Counted from the whole stretch's first letter, positions 1 to 12,680 are shown. The stretch: 62,562 nucleotides of DNA, filler included, from Chiloscyllium plagiosum (GCF_004010195.1; 4 parts of one record of this genome joined end to end with filler, not necessarily neighbours in it), one strand, 5' to 3'. The notes: a model not told the origin generated them from the sequence alone. Made by a program: numbers and translations.

Positions 1-1240
1 TGTGTGGCTACTAAGGATAGCTGGTCGTGTCGTTTCATGGCTAGTTGGTTTTCATGGATATGTCTTCCTGTTTGTCCTATGTAGTGTTTTGTGCAGTACT
101 TGCATAGGATTTTGTACACTACATTGGTTTTGCTCTTGCTGGGTATCGGGTCCTTTGTCCTGGTGAGATGTTGTCTGAGNNNNNNNNNNNNNNNNNNNNN
201 NNNNNNNNNNNNNNNNNNNNNNNNNNNNNNNNNNNNNNNNNNNNNNNNNNNNNNNNNNNNNNNNNNNNNNNNNNNNNNNNNNNNNNNNNNNNNNNNNNNN
301 NNNNNNNNNNNNNNCCTCATTCCATTGTCTTTCCCTTAGGCATCTGTTGATGAAATTGCGGGGGTATCCGTTTTTGGCGAATACATTGTAGAGGTGTTCT
401 TCTTCCTCTTTTTGCAGTTCAGGTGTGCTGCAGTATGTTGTGGCCCTTTTGAACAGTGTCTTGATGCAACTTCTTTTGTGTGTGTTGGGGTGGTTGCTTT
501 CATAGTTCAGGACTTGGTCTGTGTGTGTGGTTTTCCTGTATATCTTTGTGGTGAATTCTACGTGGCGTTGATGATCCGGTGTGTGTTTTCTATTTCTGTG
601 TTTTTAATTATTACAAAGGTGTCATCTACATATCTGACCCAAAGTTTGGGTTGAATTTGCGGTAAGACTGTTTGTTCTAATCTTCGCATTATCGCTTCTG
701 CTATGAGTCCAGAGATGAGTGAGTCCATGGGTGTGCCGTTGATTTGTTCATATATTTGGTTGTTGAATGTGAAGTATGTTGTGGCGCACAGGTCCAGTAG
801 TTTTAGTATGCAGTCTGTATCCATGAACACCAACTAGCCACGAAATGACATGACCAGCTATCCTTAGTAGCCACACACGCAGATGGCAAGCAACATGAGT
901 TCGACTGGGACAACACTACTATTATAGGACAAGCCAAACAGAGAACAACCAGGGAATTCCTAGAGGCATGGCACTCATCCACAGATTCTACCAACAAACA
1001 CATCGACTTGGACCCAGGAGACCGGCCACTGCAGCGGGCAGCTGGAACTGACAACTGGAAGTGGCAGAGACAAACCACAATAAATCCTGGAGGAAACATC
1101 ACAGAAGCGCTTCACAGGACCCTCCCAAGCACTGAGGATGTCACCGAGACAGAGGACAAAATGTCTGCAATACAAATTCCCAGCTCGGCGAACAGAACCA
1201 CAACAACGAGCACCCGAGCTACAAATCTTCTCTCAAACTT
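1..1240. mobile_element. Penelope-like retroelement fragment with internal inversion (RT on - strand about 315-815; GIY-YIG end and 3' repeat on + strand about 818-1240)
   Basis: ORF 558-833(-) has PLE RT motifs YFTFNNQIYEQINGTPM and WVRYVDDTFVII. 1-60 is approximately the reverse complement of 818-877. Degenerate hammerhead at 1129-1168. Confidence 0.85.
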
Positions 1241-1244
1241 TAAA

Positions 1245-3335
1245 CTTAAGTAAATTAGGCAGGAACTGGGAAATGTGAATTGGACACAGCTATTTGAAAG
1301 GAAGTCCATATTTGATATGTGGGAGGCTTTCAAAGATAAGTTAAAGATAGTGCAGGATAGGCATGTCCCTTTGAAAACAAGGGAAAGGAAAGGCAAGTTT
1401 CGTGAACCGTGGATGACAGGAGAAATCGTGCAACTAGCCAAGAGGTAAAGGGAAGCGTACATAAGGTCCAGGCAGCTAAGAACTGAATGGGCCCTGGAGG
1501 AATATCGAGAGAGTAGACCAATCTTAAACGAGGAATCAAGCATGCTAAAAGGGGTCATGGAATAGCTTTAGTGAGCAGAATTAAGGAGAATCCAAAAGCC
1601 TTTTATTCTTATATAAGAAGCAAGAGAAAGGATTGGCCCACTAAAGGATAAAGAAGGAAGGCTGTGTGTCGAACCTGAGAAAATGGGGGAGGTTCTGAAT
1701 GATTACTTTGATGAATATTGAGATTAGAGATAGAAGTTTGATTACTTTGAATCACGTTGACGTAAGGAGGAAAGGTGTGTTGGGTAGGCTCGTGGTTATT
1801 AAGGTGGACAAATCCCCAGGACCAGAAGGGATCTATCCCAGGTTGCTGAGGAAAGCGAGATAGGAAATAGCTGGGGCCCTGACAGATATCTTTGTAGCAT
1901 CCTTAAACACAGCTGAGGTGCCGGAGGACTGGAGGTTTGCTCATGTTGTCCCCCTGTACAAGAAGGGTAGTAGGGATATACTGTTAACTACAGACCACTG
2001 AGCCTGACGTCAGTGGTGGGAAAGATGCTGGAGAAGGTACTGAGGGATAAAATCTATATTTGGAAAAGAATGGGCTTATCAGTGATAGGCAACATGTTTT
2101 GTGTGGGTAGATCGTGCCTTACCAAATTAATAGAATTATTTGAGGAAGTGACCAAGTTGATAGGTGAAGGAAGGGCTGTAGATGTCCTTTACAAGGAGTT
2201 TAGTAAGGTGTTTGATAAGATTCCCCATTGCAGACTGATGAAGAAAATGAAGTCACATGGTGTGCAGGGTGTTCTAGCTAGGTGAATAAAGAACTGATTG
2301 AGCAACAGGAGGCAGAGAGTAGTAGTTGAAGGGAATTTCTCGAAATGGAGAAAGGTGACCAGCGGTATTCCTCAGGGATCAGTGCTGGAGCCACTGTTGT
2401 TTGTGACATACATAAATGATCTTGAAGAGGGCATTGTTGGTCTGATCAGTAAGTTTGCAGATGACACGAAGATTGGTGGAGTAGCAGAAAGCATAGGGGA
2501 CTGTCAAAGAATACAGGAGAATATAGATGGACTGGAAAGTTGGGCAGAGAAGTGGCAGATGGAGTTCAATCCAGGCAAATGTGAGGAAGTCTAATTGTAG
2601 AGTGAACTATACTGTAAACAGAAGAGCCTTGGGAAAAGTTGATGAGCAGAGAGATCTGGGAGTTTATGGTCCATTGTACCCTGAAGCAGGCTGCACAGGT
2701 TGATAGAGTGGTCCAGAAGGCAAATGGTATGCTTGCCTTCATTGGACGGGGTATTGAGTGTAAGAGCTGGCAAGACATGTTAACATTGTACGGGGCTTTG
2801 GTTCGGCCACATTTAGAATACTGTGTACATTTCTGGTTGCCACATTACCAAAAGGATGTGGATGCTTTGAAGAGGATGCAGAGAAGGTTTACGAGGATGT
2901 TGCCTGGTATGGAAGGTGCTAGCTATGAAGAGAGGTTGAGTAGGTTAGGACTGTTTTCATTAGAAAAAAGGAGATTGAGGGGGGACCTGATTAAGGTCTA
3001 CAAAATCATGAAGGGTATTGACAGCGTAGGTACAGATAAGCATTTTCCCAGGGTGAGGAATTCAATAAAGAGAGGTCACACGTTCCAAGTGAGAGGTGAA
3101 AAGTTTAAAGGGGGATATACGTGGCAAGTACTTCACACAGAGGGTGGTAGGTGCCTGGAACATGTTGCCAGCAGAAGTAGTAGAGGTAGGCACGATAGAC
3201 TCATTTACAGATGCATGAGTAGGTGGGGAGTAGAGGGATACAGATGCTTAGGAATTGGGCGATAAGTTTTGACAGTGGATTCGGATCGGCTCAGGCTTGG
3301 AGGGCCAAAGGGCCTGTTCCTTGGCTGTAAGTTTT
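1245..3335 (+). mobile_element. CR1-clade LINE, ORF2 (RT) 3' part, degenerate
   Basis: SGIPQGSVLEPLLFVTYINDL, SKFADDTKIGG, LVRPHLEYCV, RRLRGDLI spread across frameshifted ORFs. Confidence 0.92.
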
Positions 3336-3344
3336 CTTTTTTCT

Positions 3345-3840
3345 TTCCTACTGTCTTTATACCCTCCTAAGGATTCATTCAATGTCTCCTGTCTATACCT
3401 GGCATATGCATCTGTCTTTTTCTTAACCAAAACCTCAATTTCTCTAGCCATCCAGCATTCCCTACACCTACCAGCCTTTCCTTTCACCCTGACAGGAATA
3501 TACTGTTTCTGGACTCTCGTTATCTCATTTTTGAAGGATTCCCATTTTCCAGCAGTCCCTTTACCTGCAAATATCTGCCCCAGTCAACTTTTGAAAGTTC
3601 TTGCCTAATACCATCAATATTAGCCTTCGTCCTATTTAGAACTACAACTTTTAGATCTGGTCTCCCCTTTTCCATCACTATTTTAAATCTAATGGAATTA
3701 TGATCTATGGCCCCAAAGTGCTCTCCCACTGACACCTCAGTCACCTACACTGCCTTATTTCCCAAGAGTAGGTCAAGTTTTGCACGTTTTCTAGTAGGTA
3801 CATCCACATACTGAATCAGAAAATTTTCTGGTATACATTC
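3345..3840 (-). mobile_element. CR1-clade LINE ORF2 fragment (end of endonuclease)
   Basis: EVSVGEHFGAIDHNSIRFKI; near-identical to the + strand copy at about 28970-29450. Confidence 0.88.
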
Positions 3841-3853
3841 ATCCTCCTCTCTT

Positions 3854-4488
3854 TGAAGATCTGGACCCCGGGGAGTCTCTCTGTTTCATGATCAGTCAAT
3901 AAACACTCGCAATCGGTCTGGCCCTTTAAGATTACACACTTTATTTAATAGGCAGAACACAGATCGTCCAGAAACACAGAAGATAAACATTTCTGCGTTC
4001 CTCAGAGGAACTGTGCACATGGCTTAACACAAAGACAGTTTTATACTTTTTTCTGAGAGAAGTACAGGCCATAATCACAGGCACATTCAAACAATTACCA
4101 ATTAATTTAATGAAATGACTTTATTGACAGCAACATAGCCCAATGATATTTCCTGGGAACTAACCTTGTTTTCCAACATCCAAGTACTCCTATCTCACAA
4201 ACCTATTCTCTGCAAGGTCAGTTAAGATGGCTAGTAATGTCTTATCTAGTCTAGTTATTTCTTTGCTGTAAAAGAAGCATTGTCTGCTAATCTTTGTTGA
4301 TACAGACTGTGGTTAGTTCAGCTTTTAGCAGGGTTAAAAGCCATTTTATGCAGCTTAGAAGCCATTTTGTTATGTTATTTGCATTAGGAAGCCATTTTAC
4401 TTCTACCTAAGTTATAAGAATATGTATTCAGTGGTTGTTCCTAATAACAACTAGTTACCTCAGCCTGTATTCAGATTTCAGATCCTCA
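3854..4488 (-). mobile_element. 3' LTR of endogenous retrovirus 1 (about 635 bp)
   Basis: TG...CA ends with a 9/10 terminal inverted repeat (TGAAGATCTG / CAGATCCTCA). Purine tract AAAGTGGAGAGA abuts it on - strand (4489-4500). TATAAAA (4039-4045) and AATAAA (3940-3945) on - strand in the correct order. Confidence 0.8.
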
Positions 4489-5418
4489 TCTCTCCACTTT
4501 GGTCATTCCATGACCACACCAAAGGATTAGATCAGTCCAATTGAATGAATGCAAGAAACTGCCATACTTCCTTCTCCACCAGGAGGAAGTCGGGATAGGG
4601 AACCGTTCCTCCTCACCTTCATTTGGATGGACAAGAAGCATTTTCTGGGGGGAATCAATCCCCTCCCCTCTCATTTATCTCTCCTGCTCCTCGGATGCTG
4701 CCTGACCTGCTGTGCTTTTCCAGCACCACTCTAATTGAGACTCTGGTTTCCAGCATCTGGTCCTTGTTTTTACCCAGATTTATCAGCCAGTTGTACCAAG
4801 AGCCAAAACGCCAATCTCCCCATCCAGTGCCTTCTGTCATTTGATTGACGAAGGTGCAGATGTTATCTACATGCTTGGTAATATTCTCGATGAGGTCAGT
4901 AACCCTCATCATATACTTGCTCTTTACTGTGGCGCTAACCACAGTAGGTAGTAGGTAGTTGGCGAGTAGGTAGTCGAGGGCGTAATAGAACACTTTATCC
5001 TGACTGAATATTTTATTGTGATTTTGAAGAAACAAATTGTTAGTGAAAGATAACATTTCCCCCTTTTCTCTTTTGTGATGTGCAGATTTAGACCTCTGAA
5101 TACAGGCAAGGCTTGCTGGGGCAGCCCATTGCACAACTGAAATCAAACTGGCATAAAACCTTGACAGCGTTAAAGACCATGAGACTTGTCCTGTAAACAA
5201 ACTGTCCGATCTTGATAGAGTTGACCATTGTGCCAGTCATTCTTGGTAACGTTCCATGCATCAAAAGAGTCAGTCTCCCGGCACACAAGGACATCTTCTC
5301 GGCATAAATGGTACACAGTTTCTGATTGTTCAGGATCACACGGGTAAACAGTCCCTTCTTGAGCACCAATGCCGGCGATGACGAGACCATATAGCAGGGT
5401 TAGTTCAATCATCATCAT
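4489..5418 (-). pseudogene. env: ERV1 env relic (signal peptide, short SU, basic cleavage-like site, ISD-like TM), frameshifted and interrupted
   Basis: MMMIELTLLYGLVIAGIGA signal peptide; HHKR; LQNHN...ALDYLLA resembling the gamma-type immunosuppressive domain; Trp-rich GWGDWRFGSWYNW. Lies between the integrase end and the PPT/LTR. Confidence 0.75.
4655..4760 (+). repeat. Short Penelope-terminal-repeat-derived insertion within env
   Basis: GATGCTGCCTGACCTGCTGTGCTTTTCCAGCACCAC matches 49600-49635 and, as reverse complement, 48056-48092 and 54495-54530. Confidence 0.8.
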
Positions 5419-6060
5419 CTCCCCCCTTGTTGAGGGCTGGTCTGATCACCTTGCAATGATGGAGGTGCCTGGCGACCTTATCAGCAGTAGGGGTGGTGAG
5501 GAGAACCTGGAAGAGCTCCTCCCATCGAGGTTGGAGGCCACAGCGTAATAGAATATAAACCATTCCCTCCTTGCCCAAGTGTCTTCAATAACTAAATTAA
5601 CAATTAACTAAAATAGACAGCAGTAAGAAGGAACACAAACTTATCCAGCAGGGGTCACCCATATTTTGGTTCGAGTATCAAGGGAGTACCCTATTTGAGG
5701 CCATTGTTTGTGCTCTTCAGCAGGGGGCTTCCCCTGTGATTTCAGAACTTTACCCAGGTCTGGCATACCTGTCCCCATATTGTCTCTATCCAGGTTTTGC
5801 TGGGGGTCCAATGGGACCAGAAGTTTGGAGTGTAAGGCTGCCTGCTTGGCAGCAGCATCCACCTGCCCATTACTTTGAAAACTGTATCAGTTGCATCAGT
5901 GTGTGCCGAACATCTTGATAACTGCCAGATTGATTGGACAAAACAGCATTACTATAATGCCGCCCCATGAGGGTTAAAAATCCTCTATGTTCCCACTGGC
6001 TCCAAAATCATGGGTCACACCAACTGCACAATGAAGAGTCAATGTATATTAGCAGATTTT
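5405..6060 (-). pseudogene. pol: ERV1 pol relics: RNase H and integrase C-terminus, internally deleted
   Basis: - strand gives VGVTHDFG / QWEHRGFLT / GQVDAAAKQAAL (RNase H) and LQPRWEELFQVLLTTPTADKV...HHCK (class I integrase GPY/F region). Confidence 0.8.
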
Positions 6061-7200
6061 CCTTTTGCTAAGATGCAAGCATGTTGATTCCCTACATTAG
6101 CTCCAAGGTAACATTAAAGACACATCACTCCCCAGTGGCCACATTTCCACAGTTAAAGCAAGGGCCAGCCATTTGTCGCTGGGGGATTTTGCGGTCTTGT
6201 TTCCAGTCTCAAACATGTAATACTGGGGCGGGAAAGGGTTGCACAGCAGTGGTCACTGGGTGGGCATCTGAGGTAGGTTCCCCCAGTGAGTATCCTGGTC
6301 CCAATCAACCCTGTCTGGGCTGGCACACGACATTTGGGGTCACGAGGGCGCTAGATATAATAGGTTTTACCTGTAACTTGCCACTTCACTTCATTTGCGA
6401 CTGGGAATTCCTGGACTAGTTCATACTGTTTGTCTGAATCATGTCAGTGACATCAGGTGGAAAATATTGCAAAAGCATAGGGTTAAACAAAGCTAATTGA
6501 GCTTCTTGATTATTTTTCAATTGTATACCACTTCCGTCAGACAGATAGCCACATATTTCAGTCTTGTAACACAAGCCATTTGTATTCAGGCTAATCCCAG
6601 AATTTTGCTGCCTTTACATCCGTATCACCCTTGGACATATTGAGCAAATTAGGTCCGTGTATTCTTGTGGTCAGGGGCATGCTTCATTAATGTTACTCTA
6701 ATTCCCAGGATGGGCCCTGGTTTAGGATGGTGCAGGCCGCTCAACCCCATCATATCAGCTATGAAGACTGGATGCTTCACTTTCAAAAGAAGGAAAGGTT
6801 TGTAATAATAGGGTGTGCTGGGGACAATCAGGAGATGTTAGGGGCTCAGCAGGTATCGAGGAATAAAATCCCTATCCACTAATAGGGTCAGTTTGCCAGA
6901 CATAGATTCTATTCGGAATCCCAAGCCTAAGTTCTTTATTTTACAGCATTGTTGCTTTAACCCTGTTTGTATATTCCTCAGCCTTAGTGGCCTTACACTG
7001 TTTCTCATCCACCCATTCACAACACCTCCCATCTTTTGGGAGTTCCATCTGCTATACATACCTCTATCCCCCAGTCACATGCAGAATTCCTTCAATTGGC
7101 CAGTAAGGTATCTTTCCATTCTTTCGGTAGCAATGAATTAGTGCAGCCATACTTCAAATTAACCATGAGGCAATGAGGCAGGTCGCTGACAATATGTAAA
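6060..7200 (-). pseudogene. gag: Probable ERV1 gag (and possibly pro/RT) remnant, highly decayed
   Basis: Position upstream of RNase H; matrix-like WPIEG motif at about 7088-7102(-). No long ORF. Confidence 0.4.
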
Positions 7201-8554
7201 GGAATAAAACCAAGCAATCCTGCCAATTAATTCTGATTTTGTGATTCAGTCTAATGCAATTGATTATATTTAAAAATTAATAAAATAGTCATTATCTGTA
7301 ATTCAGAGGTGGAAACTGAACAAGTGACTAAGACAATTTAAAAGTTATCAATATAAACTGGAAATTCATTTGTTTGGTATTCAATATTTAACTATATATA
7401 CAGTTCCAACTCTGAAATCCATTATAATTACCTGGCTCTAGTTTCTTAATTTAAATCCCAGATTAGGTTCCTTAAGTGGTCCTGACCAGTCATTGCTCAT
7501 TTACAATGCTATAGGTTGTGAAATGATTGCAGCTGCCTTAAAAGATCTTGTCTACTCATATGGTAACAAAAAAACTTCTAATACACGAATAATGGCCCAT
7601 CCAAAGACACAGATATTAACCATAGGATGTTAATTTTGTTATATGATTTATCACAACTTAATGTTGAACTGAAACTTCAACTGTCATTAAGGGAGGGGAA
7701 TTGATATCAAATAAAGCTATGGCTGGCACACCATAATCATCCATGAAACACAGCTGTCTTAAAATTAAGTGGAAACTTCCTTCACTAACTAATGTAAGTA
7801 TGTATCAATGGTTATCTGTGAGCAGTTTAGTCTTGTAATTGTACAGTGAAAGAAGTTACATGTTAGCTTTTGTGAATGCAGGGAGAAACAGTCATTTGAA
7901 AAAGGATGCACAGTTTGCAAAACTGTAAGGAGTTACTTACTGCTAATTATAAGACGTAGGAGCGGAAGTAAGGCCATTTGGCCCATCAGACCATCAAATA
8001 TTCTAGCATAATAGTTATCTTATTGTATTTCTTTGTTTAACGTTTTACATCAGTCTTTTGTAAACTTCCTATAAAACTTTAAAAACCAACTTATTTAATT
8101 TTGCCATCCTTTTTTGAAAAGGATGCATGAAGTCCGATTTGAAATCTAATTAAAGGCAAGGCAGATATGAACCTTTAAGCGGTGTGGTTAACTTAAGAAA
8201 AATTACAATATTTTGAAGTGAATGATGACGTTTACTCCATTTATTTTTAATTTTTTTATTTTAGTGAAAAGAACTGTAATTCATGCAGGAAATATAGAGG
8301 AAAATTAGAAGCTTTTGAATGTAAAGACTCTCATTTTAACATAAGCGACACATTTGTTCACCCATGGATGACACAGATCAAAGCATTCCTATGGATTGAC
8401 AGTAAAAGCAGCTAGGATCAAAACTTGAGAATTAATTAGGTCCACTTCCCCATAACAATTAACAACAATCAAACAGGCTTTCCAAGAGAATTCAATCAGA
8501 TTTGAGTCCTGAAAGTAAAGCCTATGCTACTTTCTGGGTCTGTAGGTTAAGGTG

Positions 8555-9075
8555 CAGAGATGGCTTTTAGCAGAATGATGTGCTCTTCATGTTGGACGTG
8601 AGAGATTAGGGAGAATTTCAAGGTTCCTGATGATGATGTCAGCAGGAAGTGTATGTTGTTGCAAATCCTACCAGATCTATTAGATCGTTTGGAGTGGCAG
8701 TTAGAAATAATGAGGGATTTACAGGAACCAGGGGATGTGATGGATGGAAGTTTCAGGAAGGTAAAAACAAATGCAGATGCAGTCAGGTAGATGGGTTATT
8801 GCTAGGAAAAGTAGCAAAGGTAGTCAAGTAGTGCAATAGTCTCCTGTGCCTATCCCTACCTCAAACAAGTATGCTGTTTGAAAATATAGGGGATGATGGG
8901 CTCTCTTGGGAATGTAACACTGACAGTCAGGTTTCTAATACTGAGACTGGCTCAATTGTAATGAGGGGTATGTCAGCATCCAAGTGATTGATTGTGATAG
9001 GGAACTCTCTAGTCAGGGGCACAGATAGATATTTCTGCAGCTACCAGTAGGGCATCAGGATGATGTGTTGCCCCC
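8555..9075 (+). mobile_element. Degenerate CR1 ORF1 (Cys motif and esterase start)
   Basis: MAFSRMMCSSC...SRKC and IVIGNSLVRGTDRYFC (GDSL/SGNH esterase block of CR1 ORF1). Confidence 0.7.
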
Positions 9076-9077
9076 CC

Positions 9078-9635
9078 TAGCCTGTTCAGCCTCTCCCTAT
9101 AGCTCCAACCCTGGCAACATCCTTGTAAATCATTTCTGAACCCTTTCAAGTTTCACAACATCTTTCCGATAGGAAGGAGACCAGAATTGCACGCAGTATT
9201 CCAACGTGGCCTAACCAATGTCCTCTACAGCCGCAACATGAACTCCCAACTCCTGTACTCAATACTCTGACCTATAAAAAAGCATACCAAATGCCTTCTT
9301 CACTATCCTATCTACCTGCGACTCCACTTTGAAGGAGCTATGAACCTGCACTCCAAGGTCTTTTGTTCAGCAACACTCCCTAGGACCTTACCATTAAGTG
9401 TACAAGTCCTGCTAAGATTTGCTTTCCCAAAATGCAGCACCTCGCATTTATCTGAATTAAACTCCATCTGCCACTTCTCAGCCCATTGGCCCATCTGGTC
9501 CAGATCCTGCTGTAATCTGAGGTAACCCTCTTCACTGTCCACTACACCTCCAATTTTGGTGTCATGTGCAAACTTACTAACTGTACCTCTTATGCTTGCA
9601 TCCAAATCATTTATGTAAATGACAAAAAGTAGAGG
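9078..9635 (-). mobile_element. CR1-clade LINE RT fragment, ends in a gap
   Basis: PLLFVIYINDLD...SKFAHDTKIGG...WAEKWQMEFN. Confidence 0.9.
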
Positions 9636-10383
9636 NNNNNNNNNNNNNNNNNNNNNNNNNNNNNNNNNNNNNNNNNNNNNNNNNNNNNNNNNNNNNNNNN
9701 NNNNNNNNNNNNNNNNNNNNNNNNNNNNNNNNNNNNNNNNNNNNNNNNNNNNNNNNNNNNNNNNNNNNNNNNNNNNNNNNNNNNNNNNNNNNNNNNNNNN
9801 NNNNNNNNNNNNNNNNNNNNNNNNNNNNNNNNNNNNNNNNNNNNNNNNNNNNNNNNNNNNNNNNNNNNNNNNNNNNNNNNNNNNNNNNNNNNNNNNNNNN
9901 NNNNNNNNNNNNNNNNNNNNNNNNNNNNNNNNNNNNNNNNNNNNNNNNNNNNNNNNNNNNNNNNNNNNNNNNNNNNNNNNNNNNNNNNNNNNNNNNNNNN
10001 NNNNNNNNNNNNNNNNNNNNNNNNNNNNNNNNNNNNNNNNNNNNNNNNNNNNNNNNNNNNNNNNNNNNNNNNNNNNNNNNNNNNNNNNNNNNNNNNNNNN
10101 NNNNNNNNNNNNNNNNNNNNNNNNNNNNNNNNNNNNNNNNNNNNNNNNNNNNNNNNNNNNNNNNNNNNNNNNNNNNNNNNNNNNNNNNNNNNNNNNNNNN
10201 NNNNNNNNNNNNNNNNNNNNNNNNNNNNNNNNNNNNNNNNNNNNNNNNNNNNNNNNNNNNNNNNNNNNNNNNNNNNNNNNNNNNNNNNNNNNNNNNNNNN
10301 NNNNNNNNNNNNNNNNNNNNNNNNNNNNNNNNNNNNNNNNNNNNNNNNNNNNNNNNNNNNNNNNNNNNNNNNNNNNNNNNNNN

Positions 10384-10470
10384 GGTGGGGAGGGTGAGGG
10401 GTGGTGGGGAGGGTGGGTGGGTGGGGTGGGGTGGGGTGGAGGGAAAGAAGATGGGTGGGTTCGGTGGGTA
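10384..10470. repeat. G-rich low-complexity (GGGT-like) tract beside an assembly gap
   Basis: Runs of GGG/GGGG separated by T/A. Confidence 0.8.
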
Positions 10471-10879
10471 TTCAGAATGCGCTTCTGATCCCTAGCCTCC
10501 CTCATGTAGCTTTCCAACCCCTCCCCTGGGAACTGACAAACGAAACAAAGTCCCTTCACCTAATTTTGAGATCAACACTGTGCGCCTAATGTCTTATTTA
10601 AACTACTGAAAAATCAATCAATTTGGCAGTTTACAGAACCATTTAGGCCATTTAGCTAGTTAACTAATCTCAGTTGCTCCCCAGATGCTTATTTATCCCT
10701 GCCAAAACCTGTGGGGCAGACAACTTAAATTTAACTTAAGTTTTCAACAAGCAGTATTAGATTTTATAAAATGAATCAAGGATGTGGAGATGTACTATAG
10801 CCAAGTTTGTGGATGATACAAATAGACAGAATGGCAGTAAGGATGACAAAGAATCTAGAGGGATATAGACAAGCTAAAT

Positions 10880-12202
10880 GTTTTTTCGTGGAACAATATG
10901 GCCTTGGAGAGGTTTTTACCAAATGATCGCAGTGCTATATAGTGACCCAAAAGCAGCAGTGCTTACTAATAGCATAAGATCAGATAGTTTTAGTATTGGC
11001 AGAGATTGTCGCCAAGGGTGCCCCTCTTTCGCCACTATTATTTACTCTAGTGATTGAACCACTGGCAGAAGCCATTCAGACAGATCTCAGCATAACGGCC
11101 CCGGAGGTAGGATCAGGCAAGCATAAAATTACTGTTTATACTGTCCTTCTTTTAACTGATCCATTGACATCTGTGCCCCGCTTAAGACAAGTGGTTAATT
11201 TATTTGGTGTGTTTTCAAGATATAAAATTAATTTCACGAATCAGAAGCCACGCTGGTGGGAGGTCTCTTGCCAGCATATCCAACTTTGGGGATGGAAGCC
11301 GTTTCACCTTTTGGTGGTCACAGGGAGGTTTTCTGTACTTAGGCATTTTTAGTACCCCCCCCACCCACCCCCCATGGCTTGCAAAGTTTAAGATAGTGTG
11401 CCCTGAGTGCAAAATAGAAGTTGGTACCCTCACCCGTTGTTTGTGGGCATGCCGCAAGATTCGCAGGTATGGGACAGCGCAGCGAATGCCTTGCCAAAGA
11501 TCTTGGGAACGGAGATTGGTTTGGGTCCAGTGTCTCTTCTTCTCAGTTTTCCAAATTTTACCTCTCTAGATGTACATGGGAAGAAACTGTTTACTATCCT
11601 CTCTTTTTTGTGCCAGGAAAAACATTATAGTGAGCTGGATATCAGAAAGTCCCCCAGGACTCTCGAACTGGCATGGGATAGTTATGGAACACATTCCCCT
11701 GGACTTACAAATGTGGTGCACTAGAAAACAATTGTTTTATAGTACATAGCAGCCCTTCTTGAGTTATATTGATGTAGATGTATCGGCCATATTATCTAGG
11801 GCCTTTGTCTAGCCGTGAGGATGATGTCTGTCGCTTTGGGGACCCCTGGCAGGAAGAATCCAGTACAAATATGGGTCTACTTGCTATTGCTCCCATTGAT
11901 GGGGAGCTGCAATGAGAGTGTGTTGAGTGTTGTAACTTTATTGAATGTAAATTGTTATCTTGTTATGATTATTTATTTATTGTTGTTATTTACCATACTG
12001 TATTTTTTTTAATATAGAGTTTTTTATATCCTCTTTTGTGTTTTGGTAGTTTGTAGAGTAGATTAGTAGCCTGTTTTATTTATATTGTTGCCATTATATT
12101 GTAAAGTGGTTATACTATTTTGTATTAGTTGTGTGATTTTGTAAGTTATGTGATTTTGTAAAAAAATACACTTTTCTTTTCAATAAAATATTTACAAAAA
12201 AA
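10880..12202 (+). mobile_element. L1/Tx1-clade LINE, deleted 3' portion with polyA end, inserted in an old CR1
   Basis: CRQGCPLS / PLSPLLFTLVIEPLAEAI; CPECK...HPL C-terminal Cys region; T-rich 3' UTR; AATAAA at 12182 followed by an A-tail. GCTAAATG occurs on both flanks (10873, 12208). Confidence 0.8.
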
Positions 12203-12680
12203 GGCAAGCTAAATGAGTGGGCAAAAACTTAACAGATGGAATACAATGGGAAAATGTGAGGTGATGCACTTTGACAGGAAGAGGAATTTTTTAAAAAATA
12301 GTGAAAAACTACAGAAAGCTGCAGCACAGATGAATTGGGGGCCTTCGTGCATAAACCAAAAGCATACAAATTCAGCACAGGAAGGCAATTGCAATGTTGG
12401 CCTTATTTCAAAGGGAATGGAGTATAAAAATTGGGAGATTTGCTAAAACCATACAAAGTAATTACTCAACCACATTTAGAATATAATGAATAGTTTTTGC
12501 ATACCAATCCAAGAAACAATATACTGGCATTGGAGGTAATCAGAAAATGTTTAGTTGGTTGATCCTTATGATGAAAGGTCGAGTAGGCTGATCCTGTACT
12601 TAGTGGAGTTCACCAGATTATTAGGGAGCTCAACAGGGGTAGCCATGGAGAGGTTGTGTTCCCTTGTGGGAGAGTCTTCC
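12203..12680 (+). mobile_element. Old CR1 RT fragment (continues from about 10780-10880)
   Basis: KCEVMHF motif; AKFVDDT upstream of the L1/Tx1 insertion. Confidence 0.65.

Noticed and set aside
6380..6440. QYELVQEFPVANE as a relic of the RT motif YRLVQDLRxVN
   Set aside because: Similarity is too weak and no other RT motif (LPQG, YxDD) is visible nearby.
10384..10470. G-quadruplex-forming regulatory element
   Set aside because: Low-complexity sequence at a gap edge where base calls are unreliable; no promoter context.
9312..10559. Long ORFs (415 aa and 289 aa)
   Set aside because: They consist mostly of N-gap translated as X.
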